Shown here one piece after another: positions 40,328 through 51,057 of a DNA stretch of 64,000 nucleotides. The notes beneath the pieces were generated by a model. It searched no databases. It was not told the DNA's origin and worked only from the letters and a program-made list of their open reading frames with translations. The stretch comes from an uncultured Clostridia bacterium (lineage in GTDB: Bacteria; Bacillota; Clostridia; TANB77; CAG-508), in assembly GCA_948891265.1 (NCBI GenBank), contig CAQUBD010000007.1, positions 5,043 to 69,042 of the forward strand, given 5' to 3'. Numbering within the stretch: the first letter of the stretch is position 1; every line of letters starts with the position of its first letter. The translations under genes were made by a program, and so were the position numbers.

Positions 40328-43159
40328 CTAATCAGCAATTCTATTTTCATTGTTTATTTCATTTACAGAATTAGAAATTGTATTATCTATTTCATTTTCT
40401 TCTTTTTTTATCTTATCTTCTCTAGCTTTTTCTTCCTCTTTCTTCTTATCTTCTTTTGTCTTTTCTTGTTCTAAAGAATCTATTAAACTTTGAAGTTTTT
40501 TAATATCTGTTCCCATAAGTTCCCAGTCTTTATTTCCTGTTGACTCTGACAAATTCTTATTAGCTTTAACTATTGCATCTATTAAACCATCAATATCATC
40601 TGTATTTTCTACTTCTATATTTGAAGCATCATTTGATAATAAATTATTTAAAGCTTCTTCTAAATTGTCACCTATTGCAACTTTATTACCAGAAGCAACT
40701 ATTATCTTTTTTACCATTGGTATTTTTGATTCATCATTTAGCATAGTTTGATAAATTGTCTCAACATATAATAAGCTATTATTAATTGGAACTACTACCA
40801 TATCCTTTGTAACTCTAGTTCCGGTTTTATTTAAACTTTGTATTTCTGTATAAATCTGTTCGTCTTGTTCTATTTGATTGTCTAATTGCATTGGTCCTAA
40901 TATATTACTGTCTTGTGAAAATTTATATAGTTTTAATTTATTTGAACTTCCTTGTGTTGTTCCAACTAAATAAGCTATTAAATTTTGTTTTGAGTCTGGT
41001 GTATATATTTGTATTAAACCAATTTCATTTTCTCCGTTTTTATTAATCATTGTATAATATGGTTTCAATATTGTTCCTGTTGATTTTAATATTATTGTAT
41101 TATTATATTTTGCAATATCCCATAAATCATCTGATCTATATAATACATCTGCTTTCACATTATGGTATACTTTTAAAAGTTGTGCTTGAACATTATATAA
41201 ATATTGTGGATAAATAAAGTGGTCTGCTATATCTTGTGATATTTCTTCATTTTTAAATAATGTTGGATAGCATGCTTTATACGCCATTGCTATTGGGTCT
41301 GTTTCATCTGTTATATAAAATTTCATTGTTCCATCATATGCGTCAATTATTACTTTCACTGAGTTTCTTATATAATTTATTTTTTCCTTTATGTTATCAT
41401 GTTCTATCGCTATATATTGTGAATAAGGATATTTATTAGATACTGTATATGCATCTAATACCCACATAATTTTTCCATCATCATTTACTACTGTATATGG
41501 ATTTTCATCATATATTAAATAAGGCATTACTTTTTTTGCTCTTTTTATTATATTTCTGTTAATTAGAATTTTGCTTTCCTTTGTTATCTCATTTGAAAAT
41601 GCTAGTTTTAAATCTCCATTTCTTATCCCTAAAACTAATCTATCTATAAATCCTAATTGTAATCCTGCTTCTCCTGAATATATTGATGTATGGTCAACTC
41701 CATATTCATCTGTATAATCATATTCTTTTTTGTTTTTTATATTTGTTGCTATTGTGTCATTAGTGTCTAGTCCAAAATATATTTCTTGTTTTGATGTACC
41801 TAATTTATCATCTTTTCCTGTTACATCTTTTTGAAAATATGTTAACGCACCTATATCTGTTACATCTGTTGCAGATACAGCAATCTGTCCCATACCGTGT
41901 GTATATTCATATGTTTTATTATTATATGTTCTACCTAAATTTGTCATCTCCCTAGGTGATATATATAATAATTTATCTTTTCCAGAAATTCTATATTTTG
42001 CAATATTTGCATTTCTATATGAATAATAACCTGTTCCTGTTTGATTATCTTCTAATGTCTTTAATACAACATCAGCATTTAAAATTTTTATATTATCAAT
42101 TATGTCAGTATTGTTAAAAACTTCTTGTTCTGTAATTGTTCCTGTACTTTCTATGCTTTCTTCTTCTATATCTATATTATAAGCATTTTTTGTATACTTT
42201 ATATTATTAGACAAATATTTCTTTTCTTTATCTAATGTATTTGATTTTACGAATATTATATTAAATACAATTAGTAGTACAAACATTACTACTAAATAAC
42301 CTGGTATTACTGCTACATTTCTAATAACTTTATATGTATTTCCTTTTTTAAATGCACTTATTGCTCTAATTGCAAAAACTACAATAACTACTGAAAATCC
42401 TAAATATAGCCATCTTTGAAACATTAAATCTGTATATCCTGCTCCTATAACTTCAATATTTTGAGCCTTGTCTGTTTGATTTTTTATAGTAAGCATTTTA
42501 CTAAGTGATATATTTGTTATATTTAAAGCTGTAAATAATGCTACTCCTACTATTACTAATGTTAGATTTCTTAATAATTTTTTTATAAATAAGCTGTCCT
42601 TTAACATTTTCCCATCAACGCCATCAAAATATTTGTTAAATACTATTACATAATAAATTGCCATATAAACTGTTAAACCTATTATTATTCCTATAAAGTA
42701 TAATAATAGAGTCTCTATTAATGGTTTTTGAAAAATGTAAAATGATATATCAAATCCAAATGCTGGATCTGTAATACCAAATGCTGCATTACTTGAACAT
42801 AACAATATTCTTTCCATTAAAACGTTAGACATTAAGGAACTTACTATTAGTGATATTATAAAAGCTATAGATTTATTTAATAGTTTTGGTATTTCTTTGT
42901 TTTCTTTTTTAAAAAAATCTTTTAGTCCTTTCTTTATTCCTCTATTTGTGAAATATATTAAAATATATAATACTATAAAATTTATTCCTAAAATTATATA
43001 CTTGTAGTTCAAATTCGTTAGAAAAACTTGTACATAATTCTCTCCTAATTCTTTATATTGTAAATATGTTCCTCTTAAACTAATTACACTTATTATTGAA
43101 AATATTACTAGGAATAGTAATACTACTATTATTCTTGTTTTACTTCTTTTCTTTTCCAT
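40328..43159 (-). CDS. UPF0182-family large membrane protein
   Basis: About 943 aa with a multi-TM N-terminal third and a large soluble region. Conserved-looking blocks: VMPYLIYDENPY, WVLDAYT, ILGPMQ, LLYVETIYQ. Start at MEKKRSK after GGAGG. Confidence 0.75.
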   Translation of the reverse strand: MEKKRSKTRIIVVLLFLVIFSIISVISLRGTYLQYKELGENYVQVFLTNLNYKYIILGINFIVLYILIYFTNRGIKKGLKDFFKKENKEIPKLLNKSIAFIISLIVSSLMSNVLMERILLCSSNAAFGITDPAFGFDISFYIFQKPLIETLLLYFIGIIIGLTVYMAIYYVIVFNKYFDGVDGKMLKDSLFIKKLLRNLTLVIVGVALFTALNITNISLSKMLTIKNQTDKAQNIEVIGAGYTDLMFQRWLYLGFSVVIVVFAIRAISAFKKGNTYKVIRNVAVIPGYLVVMFVLLIVFNIIFVKSNTLDKEKKYLSNNIKYTKNAYNIDIEEESIESTGTITEQEVFNNTDIIDNIKILNADVVLKTLEDNQTGTGYYSYRNANIAKYRISGKDKLLYISPREMTNLGRTYNNKTYEYTHGMGQIAVSATDVTDIGALTYFQKDVTGKDDKLGTSKQEIYFGLDTNDTIATNIKNKKEYDYTDEYGVDHTSIYSGEAGLQLGFIDRLVLGIRNGDLKLAFSNEITKESKILINRNIIKRAKKVMPYLIYDENPYTVVNDDGKIMWVLDAYTVSNKYPYSQYIAIEHDNIKEKINYIRNSVKVIIDAYDGTMKFYITDETDPIAMAYKACYPTLFKNEEISQDIADHFIYPQYLYNVQAQLLKVYHNVKADVLYRSDDLWDIAKYNNTIILKSTGTILKPYYTMINKNGENEIGLIQIYTPDSKQNLIAYLVGTTQGSSNKLKLYKFSQDSNILGPMQLDNQIEQDEQIYTEIQSLNKTGTRVTKDMVVVPINNSLLYVETIYQTMLNDESKIPMVKKIIVASGNKVAIGDNLEEALNNLLSNDASNIEVENTDDIDGLIDAIVKANKNLSESTGNKDWELMGTDIKKLQSLIDSLEQEKTKEDKKKEEEKAREDKIKKEENEIDNTISNSVNEINNENRIAD

Positions 43160-43170
43160 TTTTACCTCCA

Positions 43171-43243
43171 TGTCCTTTCGCTTCGCTCATCATAAAATAA
43201 GAAATTTTCAATTTCTTATTTTACAAATTTGGGACACATCTTA
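43171..43243. repeat. Mosaic intergenic repeat, locus 4
   Basis: tgtcctttcgcttcgctcatcat (degenerate unit), hairpin aaataagaaatt/aatttcttattt, then tttgggacacatctta overlapping the ftsY stop. Confidence 0.65.
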
Positions 43244-44146
43244 AATTATTGCTTTTACAAAATCTTCTGAATTAAAGATTTCCATGTCATCAATTTGTTC
43301 TCCGACTCCTATAAATTTTACAGGAATTTTGTTTTCCTCTACTATCCCTATAACTACTCCACCTTTTGCTGTTCCGTCCAATTTGGTAAGTACTATTCCT
43401 GTAATATCTGCTTCTTGTTTAAATGCTTTTACTTGTTGTATTGCATTTTGTCCTGTTGTTCCATCTATTACAAGCAATACTTCTTTATCTGAGTCTGGCA
43501 TTTCTTTATTTATAACTTTTTGGATTTTATTTAACTCGTCCATCAAATATTTCTTATTATGTAATCTTCCTGCTGTATCTACTATCAATATATCTGCTCC
43601 TAATTCTTTTGTTTTCTTGATTGCATCAAATACAACTGATGCAGGGTCAATACCTTCTTCTCTTTTTACAATATCTGCTCCTGCCCTTTTTGACCATATT
43701 TCTAGTTGTTCTACTGCTGCTGCTCTAAATGTATCTGCTGCTGCAACAACTACTTTTTTTCCATCTCTTGCTAGTCTACTTGCCATTTTTCCTATAGATG
43801 TTGTTTTTCCTACTCCATTTACTCCTATAACTAGTATTACTGATGGCTTTGTATTTAATTTTAAGCTTATATCTGTTATGTCTAGTATCTTTTGCATCTC
43901 TTCTCTTAAAGCTTTTTTTACATCTTCTTCGTCTTGTATTTTTTCTTTTTTTATTCTTTCTCTTAAATTTGATATTATTTTTATTGATGTATCCATTCCT
44001 ATATCTGACATTATTAGTACTTCTTCTAATTCATCTAAAAAGTTTTCATCTACTTTTCTAAAATTACTAAATACATTATTTATTTTTTCATCAAATGATG
44101 TTTTTGTTTTATTTAAACCTGTTTTTAATTTATTAAAAAATCCCAT
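43241..44146 (-). CDS. ftsY: Signal recognition particle receptor
   Basis: GVNGVGKTTSIGK, DTAGR and TKLDGTAKGG motifs. Confidence 0.9.
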   Translation of the reverse strand: MGFFNKLKTGLNKTKTSFDEKINNVFSNFRKVDENFLDELEEVLIMSDIGMDTSIKIISNLRERIKKEKIQDEEDVKKALREEMQKILDITDISLKLNTKPSVILVIGVNGVGKTTSIGKMASRLARDGKKVVVAAADTFRAAAVEQLEIWSKRAGADIVKREEGIDPASVVFDAIKKTKELGADILIVDTAGRLHNKKYLMDELNKIQKVINKEMPDSDKEVLLVIDGTTGQNAIQQVKAFKQEADITGIVLTKLDGTAKGGVVIGIVEENKIPVKFIGVGEQIDDMEIFNSEDFVKAII

Positions 44147-44433
44147 AATCTCTCCTCATACATTTTTTGATGTTTTTATATTAACATATTACATATATTT
44201 TTTCAAGTTTTATATAATTTTTAAGTTTCGTTTTTTTAAGCTCTAATTTATATAAAAATTTATAATATATCCTAAAATTCCGTTCTTTGCTGGTCGAACT
44301 AATCATATAAAGTTGTTTATTAAACTTTCAAAAAAAGAAAAGTTAATCTAGCTGATCTGTATAAATATGAATTCTCCCAACTGCGCATCACTGCATTTTA
44401 GGATATATTATAAATTTTAAGTTTGAACATGAA

Positions 44434-44473
44434 TAAAAAAACCGAAACTTAAATTATATAATTTAAATTTCGG
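44434..44473 (-). terminator. Rho-independent terminator after the AI-2E/YtvI gene
   Basis: Stem ccgaaacttaaatta / taatttaaatttcgg, followed on the minus strand by TTTTTTTATT. Confidence 0.65.
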
Positions 44474-44519
44474 CATCTTAATACCTGACATTCTTTATAA
44501 TAAAATGTAGTGATGCGCA

Positions 44520-45617
44520 TTATTTTCTATCAAATAAACTCTTTAGTACTCCCTCATCTATTAAAGTTGCAAAAACATTTTTTATTATAATCAAAATAAT
44601 TGGTCCTATTAACATTCCTAGAACTCCAATAAATTTAAATCCTGTATACATAGCAATTAAAGTAAATATAGGGTGAGTTCCAATATGCTTACTTACAAGT
44701 CTTGGTTCTAAAAATTGTCTTATCATTGACATTATTATAAATAATATAATAATAGCAATACCCAATTTTAAATCTCCATTTAATGCAGAAATAACTGCCC
44801 AAGGTATCATTACTGTTCCAGATCCAAGAATTGGCAAGGCATCTACAAATCCTATAAATAATGCCATCAATAATGGAAATTCAATCTTAAATTGTGCAAA
44901 TTTTAATATATATAAACCAATTAAAGAAATTACAAAAGAAACTAATATTAAAGTAAACTCTGCTTTTAAGTACCCTCCTAAAGTTTTTATTAATTCTCTA
45001 ATATGCGTTCCTAATTTGAATACCCATTTTTTAGGTAAGTGATGTTCTATTTGATCTAAAATGTATACTTTGTCTACGCATATTAAATATAATGCCATAA
45101 TAGTTATTACAAAATAGATAGCAATAATCGGAATTGACGTTATCATATTTAGCAAACCTGTTAAAGCATTTCTTGCCCAATTTGATGCAGTATTTAATAA
45201 TCCTCCTGTTGAACTTTGGAATATTGTTACTATTTCATTAGGAAAATGAACTTTGTCAAAATCAAAGTGCTTAGTAATATCTTGGAATAATATGTATGCT
45301 TTTTCTACATATCCATTTAAACCTTGTAATAAATTTGATGCCTCAGAAATTAATGATACTATACCCCATATAATACTACCAAATATAATAATAGAAACTA
45401 TTATAAAAATAATAATAGAACTTGCTCTTCTTGTTAGCTTAGTTTTTCTCATAATGAATTTTATAGCTGGCTCAATTATTAATGATATTATAAATGCAAT
45501 TAAAAATGGCATATAAAATACTGCCAGTTTGAATGATAAATATAATCCAATTAAAATTAAAATTACATATAAAATTTTTCTTAATACTCTTGTCCAATAA
45601 GACATATCAATAATCAT
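44520..45617 (-). CDS. AI-2E family transporter / YtvI-like integral membrane protein
   Basis: Polytopic with PerM-like layout (FVDALPILGSG, IGTHPIFTLIAMY). Start at MIIDMSYW after AGGAGA. The track N-terminal extension runs into a repeat. Confidence 0.75.
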   Translation of the reverse strand: MIIDMSYWTRVLRKILYVILILIGLYLSFKLAVFYMPFLIAFIISLIIEPAIKFIMRKTKLTRRASSIIIFIIVSIIIFGSIIWGIVSLISEASNLLQGLNGYVEKAYILFQDITKHFDFDKVHFPNEIVTIFQSSTGGLLNTASNWARNALTGLLNMITSIPIIAIYFVITIMALYLICVDKVYILDQIEHHLPKKWVFKLGTHIRELIKTLGGYLKAEFTLILVSFVISLIGLYILKFAQFKIEFPLLMALFIGFVDALPILGSGTVMIPWAVISALNGDLKLGIAIIILFIIMSMIRQFLEPRLVSKHIGTHPIFTLIAMYTGFKFIGVLGMLIGPIILIIIKNVFATLIDEGVLKSLFDRK

Positions 45618-45673
45618 GCTTAATTCTCCTATAAATATTATATGTTGATTTTGATTTTGTATTCTGAAAATAA

Positions 45674-45770
45674 GAACAAAAGGGACATGATTAAAATTTT
45701 TTAACATTTTAACTTACTTAGATGCCCCGTTTTTGTTCGCACGCGAAAATTGCATTGCAATTTTCTGTAG
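45674..45770 (+). repeat. Two-hairpin intergenic repeat (family C), copy 1
   Basis: About 90 percent identical to the reverse complement of 59597-59691. Hairpin GAACAAAAGGGACATG...GATGCCCCGTTTTTGTTC, then hairpin GCGAAAATTGCATTGCAATTTTC. Confidence 0.8.
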
Positions 45771-45790
45771 AATACATTTGTGCACCAAAT

Positions 45791-46237
45791 TTATGCATTA
45801 TTTTTATTAGAATTACAATTACAAATATTTTCTATAGTTGTACAAACTTCTTGTTTTCCTAATTGAATATCATTTTGAGCTAAATCTCCTAGTGTTAAAA
45901 TTCCTATTACACAATTGTTTTCATCACATACTGGCAGCCTTCTTATTTGATTATTTGCCATTTTGTTTTCTGCATTTATCATATCATCATTTTCTTTACA
46001 CGTGCATACATTTGTTGACATTATTTCATTTGCTGTAGCTGTATTTATATCTTTATTACAAGCTACTGTTCTTAATAATATATCTCTATCTGTTAAAATT
46101 CCACATATGCAATTATTTTCGTCACATACTGGTATACATCCTATGTGTTTTTCATTCATTAATTTTGCTACTTCATATATTTTTGTTTCTGGTTTTACAC
46201 AACATACATTTTGACACATACAATCTTTAACTTTCAT
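45791..46237 (-). CDS. CBS-domain pair protein
   Basis: Two CBS repeats (HIGCIPVCDENNCICGILTDRDI and IRRLPVCDENNCVIGILTLGDL). Cys-rich termini. Confidence 0.8.
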   Translation of the reverse strand: MKVKDCMCQNVCCVKPETKIYEVAKLMNEKHIGCIPVCDENNCICGILTDRDILLRTVACNKDINTATANEIMSTNVCTCKENDDMINAENKMANNQIRRLPVCDENNCVIGILTLGDLAQNDIQLGKQEVCTTIENICNCNSNKNNA

Positions 46238-46440
46238 TTTATCATCCTTTCATTTATAGTTATCATTACAATTTATTTTAAAATTTATAAATTGCAATTC
46301 TTATATCTATTTTTTACAAACAATAAAAAAATATGCAAAATTAAATTTGCATATTTGGAAATTTTTTCAATTTTTTTAAATTTTAAATGTGTACTTTACA
46401 ATGTATAAGATATAAGTACTGATATTAATGTTTACTATTG

Positions 46441-47046
46441 TTAATACTCGAAAATATCATAATTTGATGTTTCAAATTCTCTATTAAATGGATTTCCCCC
46501 TGGTCTTGGTCCAAATGGTGGTCTCATTGGTGGTCTTGGTCCTCCTGGGCCTGGCATAGGCGGACGTGGATTATGTGGCGGTCTTCCTGGCCTATTTAAT
46601 AATTCTCTAATCAATAAAATTTTAATTAAATCTCTTAATCCTCTGTTAAATTGTCTTGTTTGCCTCTTTTCTTCTGAAGTTTCATTTATTCTTACTTCTG
46701 GTTTTTTAGATACTGCTTTTGTCATATTTGATGTTTGTGATGTTTTAACTTCATTTGTCAAATTAATATTTACTTGAATTTCATTTTTTTCTTCTAGTGC
46801 ATAATATATTTCATCAGTCATATTTTCAATATCATCATTTGTTAAGCTTGAAGTAATATTGCTACATTTTTTTGTTATCATAGGATATACTATTTTATAT
46901 ATCTCAGGATAACATTTTTCTAGCTCCATATCATTTTGTGTATTATAATTATTTCTATTATTATAATTTTGATAATTAGTATTGGTATCTACAGGTGGAT
47001 ATCCTAAAATACTTCTTATGTACTCATCATATGTTTCATTATACAT
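46441..47046 (-). CDS. Hypothetical protein with Pro/Gly-rich C-terminus
   Basis: 201 aa. NRPGRPPHNPRPPMPGPGGPRPPMRPPFGPRPGG tail, locally GC-rich and using CCG/CCT codons. Confidence 0.5.
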   Translation of the reverse strand: MYNETYDEYIRSILGYPPVDTNTNYQNYNNRNNYNTQNDMELEKCYPEIYKIVYPMITKKCSNITSSLTNDDIENMTDEIYYALEEKNEIQVNINLTNEVKTSQTSNMTKAVSKKPEVRINETSEEKRQTRQFNRGLRDLIKILLIRELLNRPGRPPHNPRPPMPGPGGPRPPMRPPFGPRPGGNPFNREFETSNYDIFEY

Positions 47047-47105
47047 AATAAACCTCCCTCATTATATTAATACTTTTATATTTTATGAGAAAGGCCTTAT
47101 TTTTG

Positions 47106-48506
47106 TTATATATTATTTACTAAATTTTTAAATTTTTCTCCTCTATCTGCAAAGTCCTTAAACATATCAAAACTTGCACTTGCTGGAGAGAATAATACAA
47201 TATCGCCTCTTTTTGCAGATTTCTTCGCTATCTCTACAGTTTGCTCTAATGAATCACATATATTAATATTAATTGATTTTTTCTGTTTATCTGCCTCTTC
47301 CTTTACGACATCAAATATTTTCTCTGCAGTTTGGCCTATTAATATAAGTGTTGATACCTTTTGTACTATTGTCTTTGCAAGTGGCCCATAATCTAAATTT
47401 TTGTCATATCCACCTGCTATCAAAATTATATTTTCTTTAAAAGCATTTATACCTGATAGCGTCCTTGTTGGTGATGAACTTGCAGAATCATTATACCATT
47501 TTACCCCATTAATTTCTTTTATAAATTCAATTCTATGTTTTACTGGTTTAAATTCTTTTATTACTTGTACAGCTACATCTGTATCTACTAAAGTTTTTGT
47601 AGTAGCTAATGCTGTTGCTATATTTTGATAATTGTGATTTCCTCTTAAAATAACTTCATCTACATTTAAAATATGTTTTCTTACTTTATCTTCACATTCT
47701 TTTACTACATCTTTGTCTACAATAAATCCATTATCTAATTTTGTTTTACTACTAAAAAAGATAACTTTTCCCTTAGCCTCTTTTGCACATTCTCTAGTAA
47801 TATCATTATCATAGTTTAGTATTAATATTCCATCTTCATTTTGATACTTAAATATATTCTTTTTGCTATCTATATATTCTTCATAATCTTTATGTATATT
47901 TAGATGGTTTGGAGTTATATTGGTAATAACTGCTATATCTGGGCTTATCTTCATATTCATTAATTGAAAACTACTTAGTTCTAATACGACAATATCATCT
48001 GGCTTAATTTCTGGAAGTCTTGTAAATAAAGGTGTTCCTATATTACCTCCTAAGAAAGTATTATATCCTGCTTTTTGTAGAATTTCACTTATCATACTTG
48101 TTGTAGTTGTTTTTCCATCACTCCCAGTAACTCCTATAATTTTACAAGGGCACATTTCCATTAACATTTCTACTTCTGTTGTAACTATTGCTCCTCTATT
48201 CATTTCTTCTTGTAATTCTGCTTTTGTTGGTAAGCAACTTGGTGATCTAAATATTATATTAAATCCTTTTAATTTTTCCAAACAATCTTTTCCAAAGTAA
48301 AATTCAAATCCATATGTAGTTATTTTATCTATTATATTTTTTGATACTTTATCAATTGTTCTATCATCAAATATAGTTACTTGTGCTTTTTTTTCATATA
48401 AATAATCTAATAATGGTAGATTACTGACTCCTAATCCTATTATAGCTACTTTTCTATATTTTATATATTCATTGAATTCTTTTAATTTTTGGTTTTCAAA
48501 ACTCAT
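47106..48506 (-). CDS. murD: UDP-N-acetylmuramoylalanine--D-glutamate ligase
   Basis: IIGLGVSN Rossmann motif, GVTGSDGKTTTT P-loop, NITPNHLNIH. Mur ligase length. Confidence 0.9.
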   Translation of the reverse strand: MSFENQKLKEFNEYIKYRKVAIIGLGVSNLPLLDYLYEKKAQVTIFDDRTIDKVSKNIIDKITTYGFEFYFGKDCLEKLKGFNIIFRSPSCLPTKAELQEEMNRGAIVTTEVEMLMEMCPCKIIGVTGSDGKTTTTSMISEILQKAGYNTFLGGNIGTPLFTRLPEIKPDDIVVLELSSFQLMNMKISPDIAVITNITPNHLNIHKDYEEYIDSKKNIFKYQNEDGILILNYDNDITRECAKEAKGKVIFFSSKTKLDNGFIVDKDVVKECEDKVRKHILNVDEVILRGNHNYQNIATALATTKTLVDTDVAVQVIKEFKPVKHRIEFIKEINGVKWYNDSASSSPTRTLSGINAFKENIILIAGGYDKNLDYGPLAKTIVQKVSTLILIGQTAEKIFDVVKEEADKQKKSININICDSLEQTVEIAKKSAKRGDIVLFSPASASFDMFKDFADRGEKFKNLVNNI

Positions 48507-48770
48507 ATTTTTCTCCTTATTATAAATTTACTATTTTAAATAGTTATCTAATACTCTTTTTATATATATTCTTTTTAATGTTTTTATGTCACAATAAGTA
48601 TATCAATTATGCAATACTTTTTCAATAGCTTAACAATTTTAGTTTATTTTTTTCTAAATGCAACTTCCAAAATTCAACAAAAGTATAGACATATTATGTA
48701 AAATATTATATAATGTGCTTAATTTAGTGTAAATTATAAAATTTTCTTTATTAAATAAGGAGGAAAAAAT

Positions 48771-50621
48771 ATGGACAAAAATATTAAGAAGGGAATAAGA
48801 AATCTAATGGGTCTTAATGGATTAGATTTTGATGTACAAAAGGAACTAGAAGAATGGTATAATCATTTGCTAAATATAAATGCACGGTATGTTGTTTTTA
48901 CAGAAGATAGTTATATATTAGCATTAATATGTGAAATAATTACTGAAAAGCAAATGGAAGATACCAATAACAAAGAATTTATAACAGAAGCAGCATTATT
49001 ATTTAGAATTAAAGAAATTGTTGAATACTATAAAGAAAATCTTAAGTTGCCTAACATACTAATATGTGATAGTATTCTAACTAATGGTATAAAGGTAAAC
49101 CAGATATTGGAAGATTTTGAAAATGCACTTTTTAAAATGCTTCCACATGAACATGAAATAAGTGATATATATAGGATGTGTCAAAATGCTATTCAAATAT
49201 ATTCATATATAAATCATAATGGTCGAAAATTACTATTAGGAAGATATGAGTTGAATAATAATTATATAAGAAAAACAGACCCAGAAGAATACAATCAGCT
49301 TTTATATAGTATTTCACGTGTAAAATGTGCTTCCGATATTTCTAATAATTGTTATATATACACACAATATTTATCTGATAACAAAATGGAGTCTATTAAA
49401 GATTCATTAATACAAGATGGTTTTATTTATACATCATATTGTGAATTTAGTAAACAATACTCAAAGCACATCTACATTGAAAATGAGAATGCTGTGCAAT
49501 TAATTCTATCCTTAACAATTTCCAAAAACCATTATATAGATGGATATAGAATTAAACCTTTTATATTTTTACCAAATATGGATAACAAAGAAACAGATTC
49601 TTTGTTATCTATGATTAGTAAAATGATTCCACCAAAGTATATACCTTTATTAAACGACTGGAAAAAAATAAAAGGTATGAGGTCATTAAATGAGCTCATT
49701 ACTTTTATACTTTCAAATGTTATACTTTCAGAATTTAGTAAAAAGTATAATATAGAAGTAACTTCAGAAGATAAAGAATATGAGATAATCAAATTAGCTC
49801 GCAATTATAACTGGAGTACTTTCAAAGAAACAGTTAACATGTTAAATGATTTAATAACTTATAATAAAAAAACAACAATACATGATTTAACTGATATTTT
49901 TAAAGATTGCAAAATAAAAAGAAACATAATGAAATTGCCCCCAAATGCAGATATCTCAATTAGTCAAAATGAAAAATTAAATATTCAGAAAAGGCTTGAA
50001 GATTATTTTTATAAAAAAATACTAAAAAGTGAAAAGGTGGTATATGAATTGCGTTCAACACCATATTATGAAGGTGCTTTCAAATTATTAAAGCGTAATG
50101 TTAGAGGCTGTTCATTCACTATAGCAGACTTAAATCAAGGATATAGTAAAATACAATCACAATACTGTATGGCATATTTGTTACATATGGTAGATGTAAG
50201 TTATATCAGTATCTCTTCTTATTCAACAAATAATTTAAACGTTGTAGGTTATGCTCAGTTTATATCTGCAGAATATTTAAGTATTCTAATTAGAACACTT
50301 AGAAACTATTTATATAATCGAATGCTTAATGTTTTTGACCAGATCTGTAGTTATGAACGTGAAGACTTCTATGCATTATTAAAAGATTTTGGAAATAAAA
50401 ATGGAATAGATGAAAAAGTCATTCACGAGTTATCTAATCTTTTTAAAGATTTAGAGAATATAGGTCAATCTCCTAAAGATTGGAGTGGAAATTATCTTTG
50501 GTCTATATCATTTGACTCCGAAAATATATCACTTTATCAAGAAAAGCAATATGAAATTTTTAAAGAATGCCTTACTTTTTTTAAAGATAAACTTCCACAT
50601 ATTCGATATTTTCTAAGATAA
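48771..50621 (+). CDS. Orphan 616-aa protein; weak PRTase-like N-terminal motif
   Basis: AAGGAGG RBS. Residues 93-108 (LPNILICDSILTNGIK) loosely resemble a type I phosphoribosyltransferase PRPP loop. The rest is unassignable. In-frame CGG at 48885-48887. Confidence 0.55.
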   Translation: MDKNIKKGIRNLMGLNGLDFDVQKELEEWYNHLLNINARYVVFTEDSYILALICEIITEKQMEDTNNKEFITEAALLFRIKEIVEYYKENLKLPNILICDSILTNGIKVNQILEDFENALFKMLPHEHEISDIYRMCQNAIQIYSYINHNGRKLLLGRYELNNNYIRKTDPEEYNQLLYSISRVKCASDISNNCYIYTQYLSDNKMESIKDSLIQDGFIYTSYCEFSKQYSKHIYIENENAVQLILSLTISKNHYIDGYRIKPFIFLPNMDNKETDSLLSMISKMIPPKYIPLLNDWKKIKGMRSLNELITFILSNVILSEFSKKYNIEVTSEDKEYEIIKLARNYNWSTFKETVNMLNDLITYNKKTTIHDLTDIFKDCKIKRNIMKLPPNADISISQNEKLNIQKRLEDYFYKKILKSEKVVYELRSTPYYEGAFKLLKRNVRGCSFTIADLNQGYSKIQSQYCMAYLLHMVDVSYISISSYSTNNLNVVGYAQFISAEYLSILIRTLRNYLYNRMLNVFDQICSYEREDFYALLKDFGNKNGIDEKVIHELSNLFKDLENIGQSPKDWSGNYLWSISFDSENISLYQEKQYEIFKECLTFFKDKLPHIRYFLR

Positions 50622-50661
50622 ACTTTTAACCACAGGTATTAGAATTCACTCGAAAGTAGTA

Positions 50662-50697
50662 GAAAAAGCATGAGATAAATTTCTCATGCTTTTTCTA
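50662..50697 (+). terminator. Rho-independent terminator after the 616-aa gene
   Basis: Stem gaaaaagcatgaga / tctcatgctttttc followed by T-rich sequence. Confidence 0.7.
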
Positions 50698-51057
50698 AAT
50701 CTTGTCTAATTACATCATTTTTATGATATCTAAAGTTTGTAAGTTATTTAATTTGGTGCCGATGACGTAGTTATCTACAACTTTTTCAGCTCTCGTGACG
50801 ATTGATACAAATATCAATCAATTTATTAAAGTATATCATAATTTTTATAAAATACAATACAAATGACAAAAAATTTTTTAGTATTTTGTAAAATGATACA
50901 GTATCAGTTTGAAATTTGCGTTTTACATAATATTATGTTATAATGTATTTAACTCTGTTCTTTGAAAAAAATCTGAATTTTTAAAGATTCATTAGAAATT
51001 CAGTTCATATATGTTCCTACATTCACTTTTTTTAACAATATAAGGAGGAAATGCAAA

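Noticed and set aside
43284-44246. 320-aa plus-strand ORF, and similar long ORFs at 33992-34666, 2840-3400, 32723-33226, 1644-1979 and 116-400
   Set aside because: They lie antisense to well-supported genes (ftsY, PBP, pilin-like, murB, yvcK-like). Their Ser/Phe/Leu/Ile-rich low-complexity translations are typical of the reverse frame of AT-rich coding DNA.
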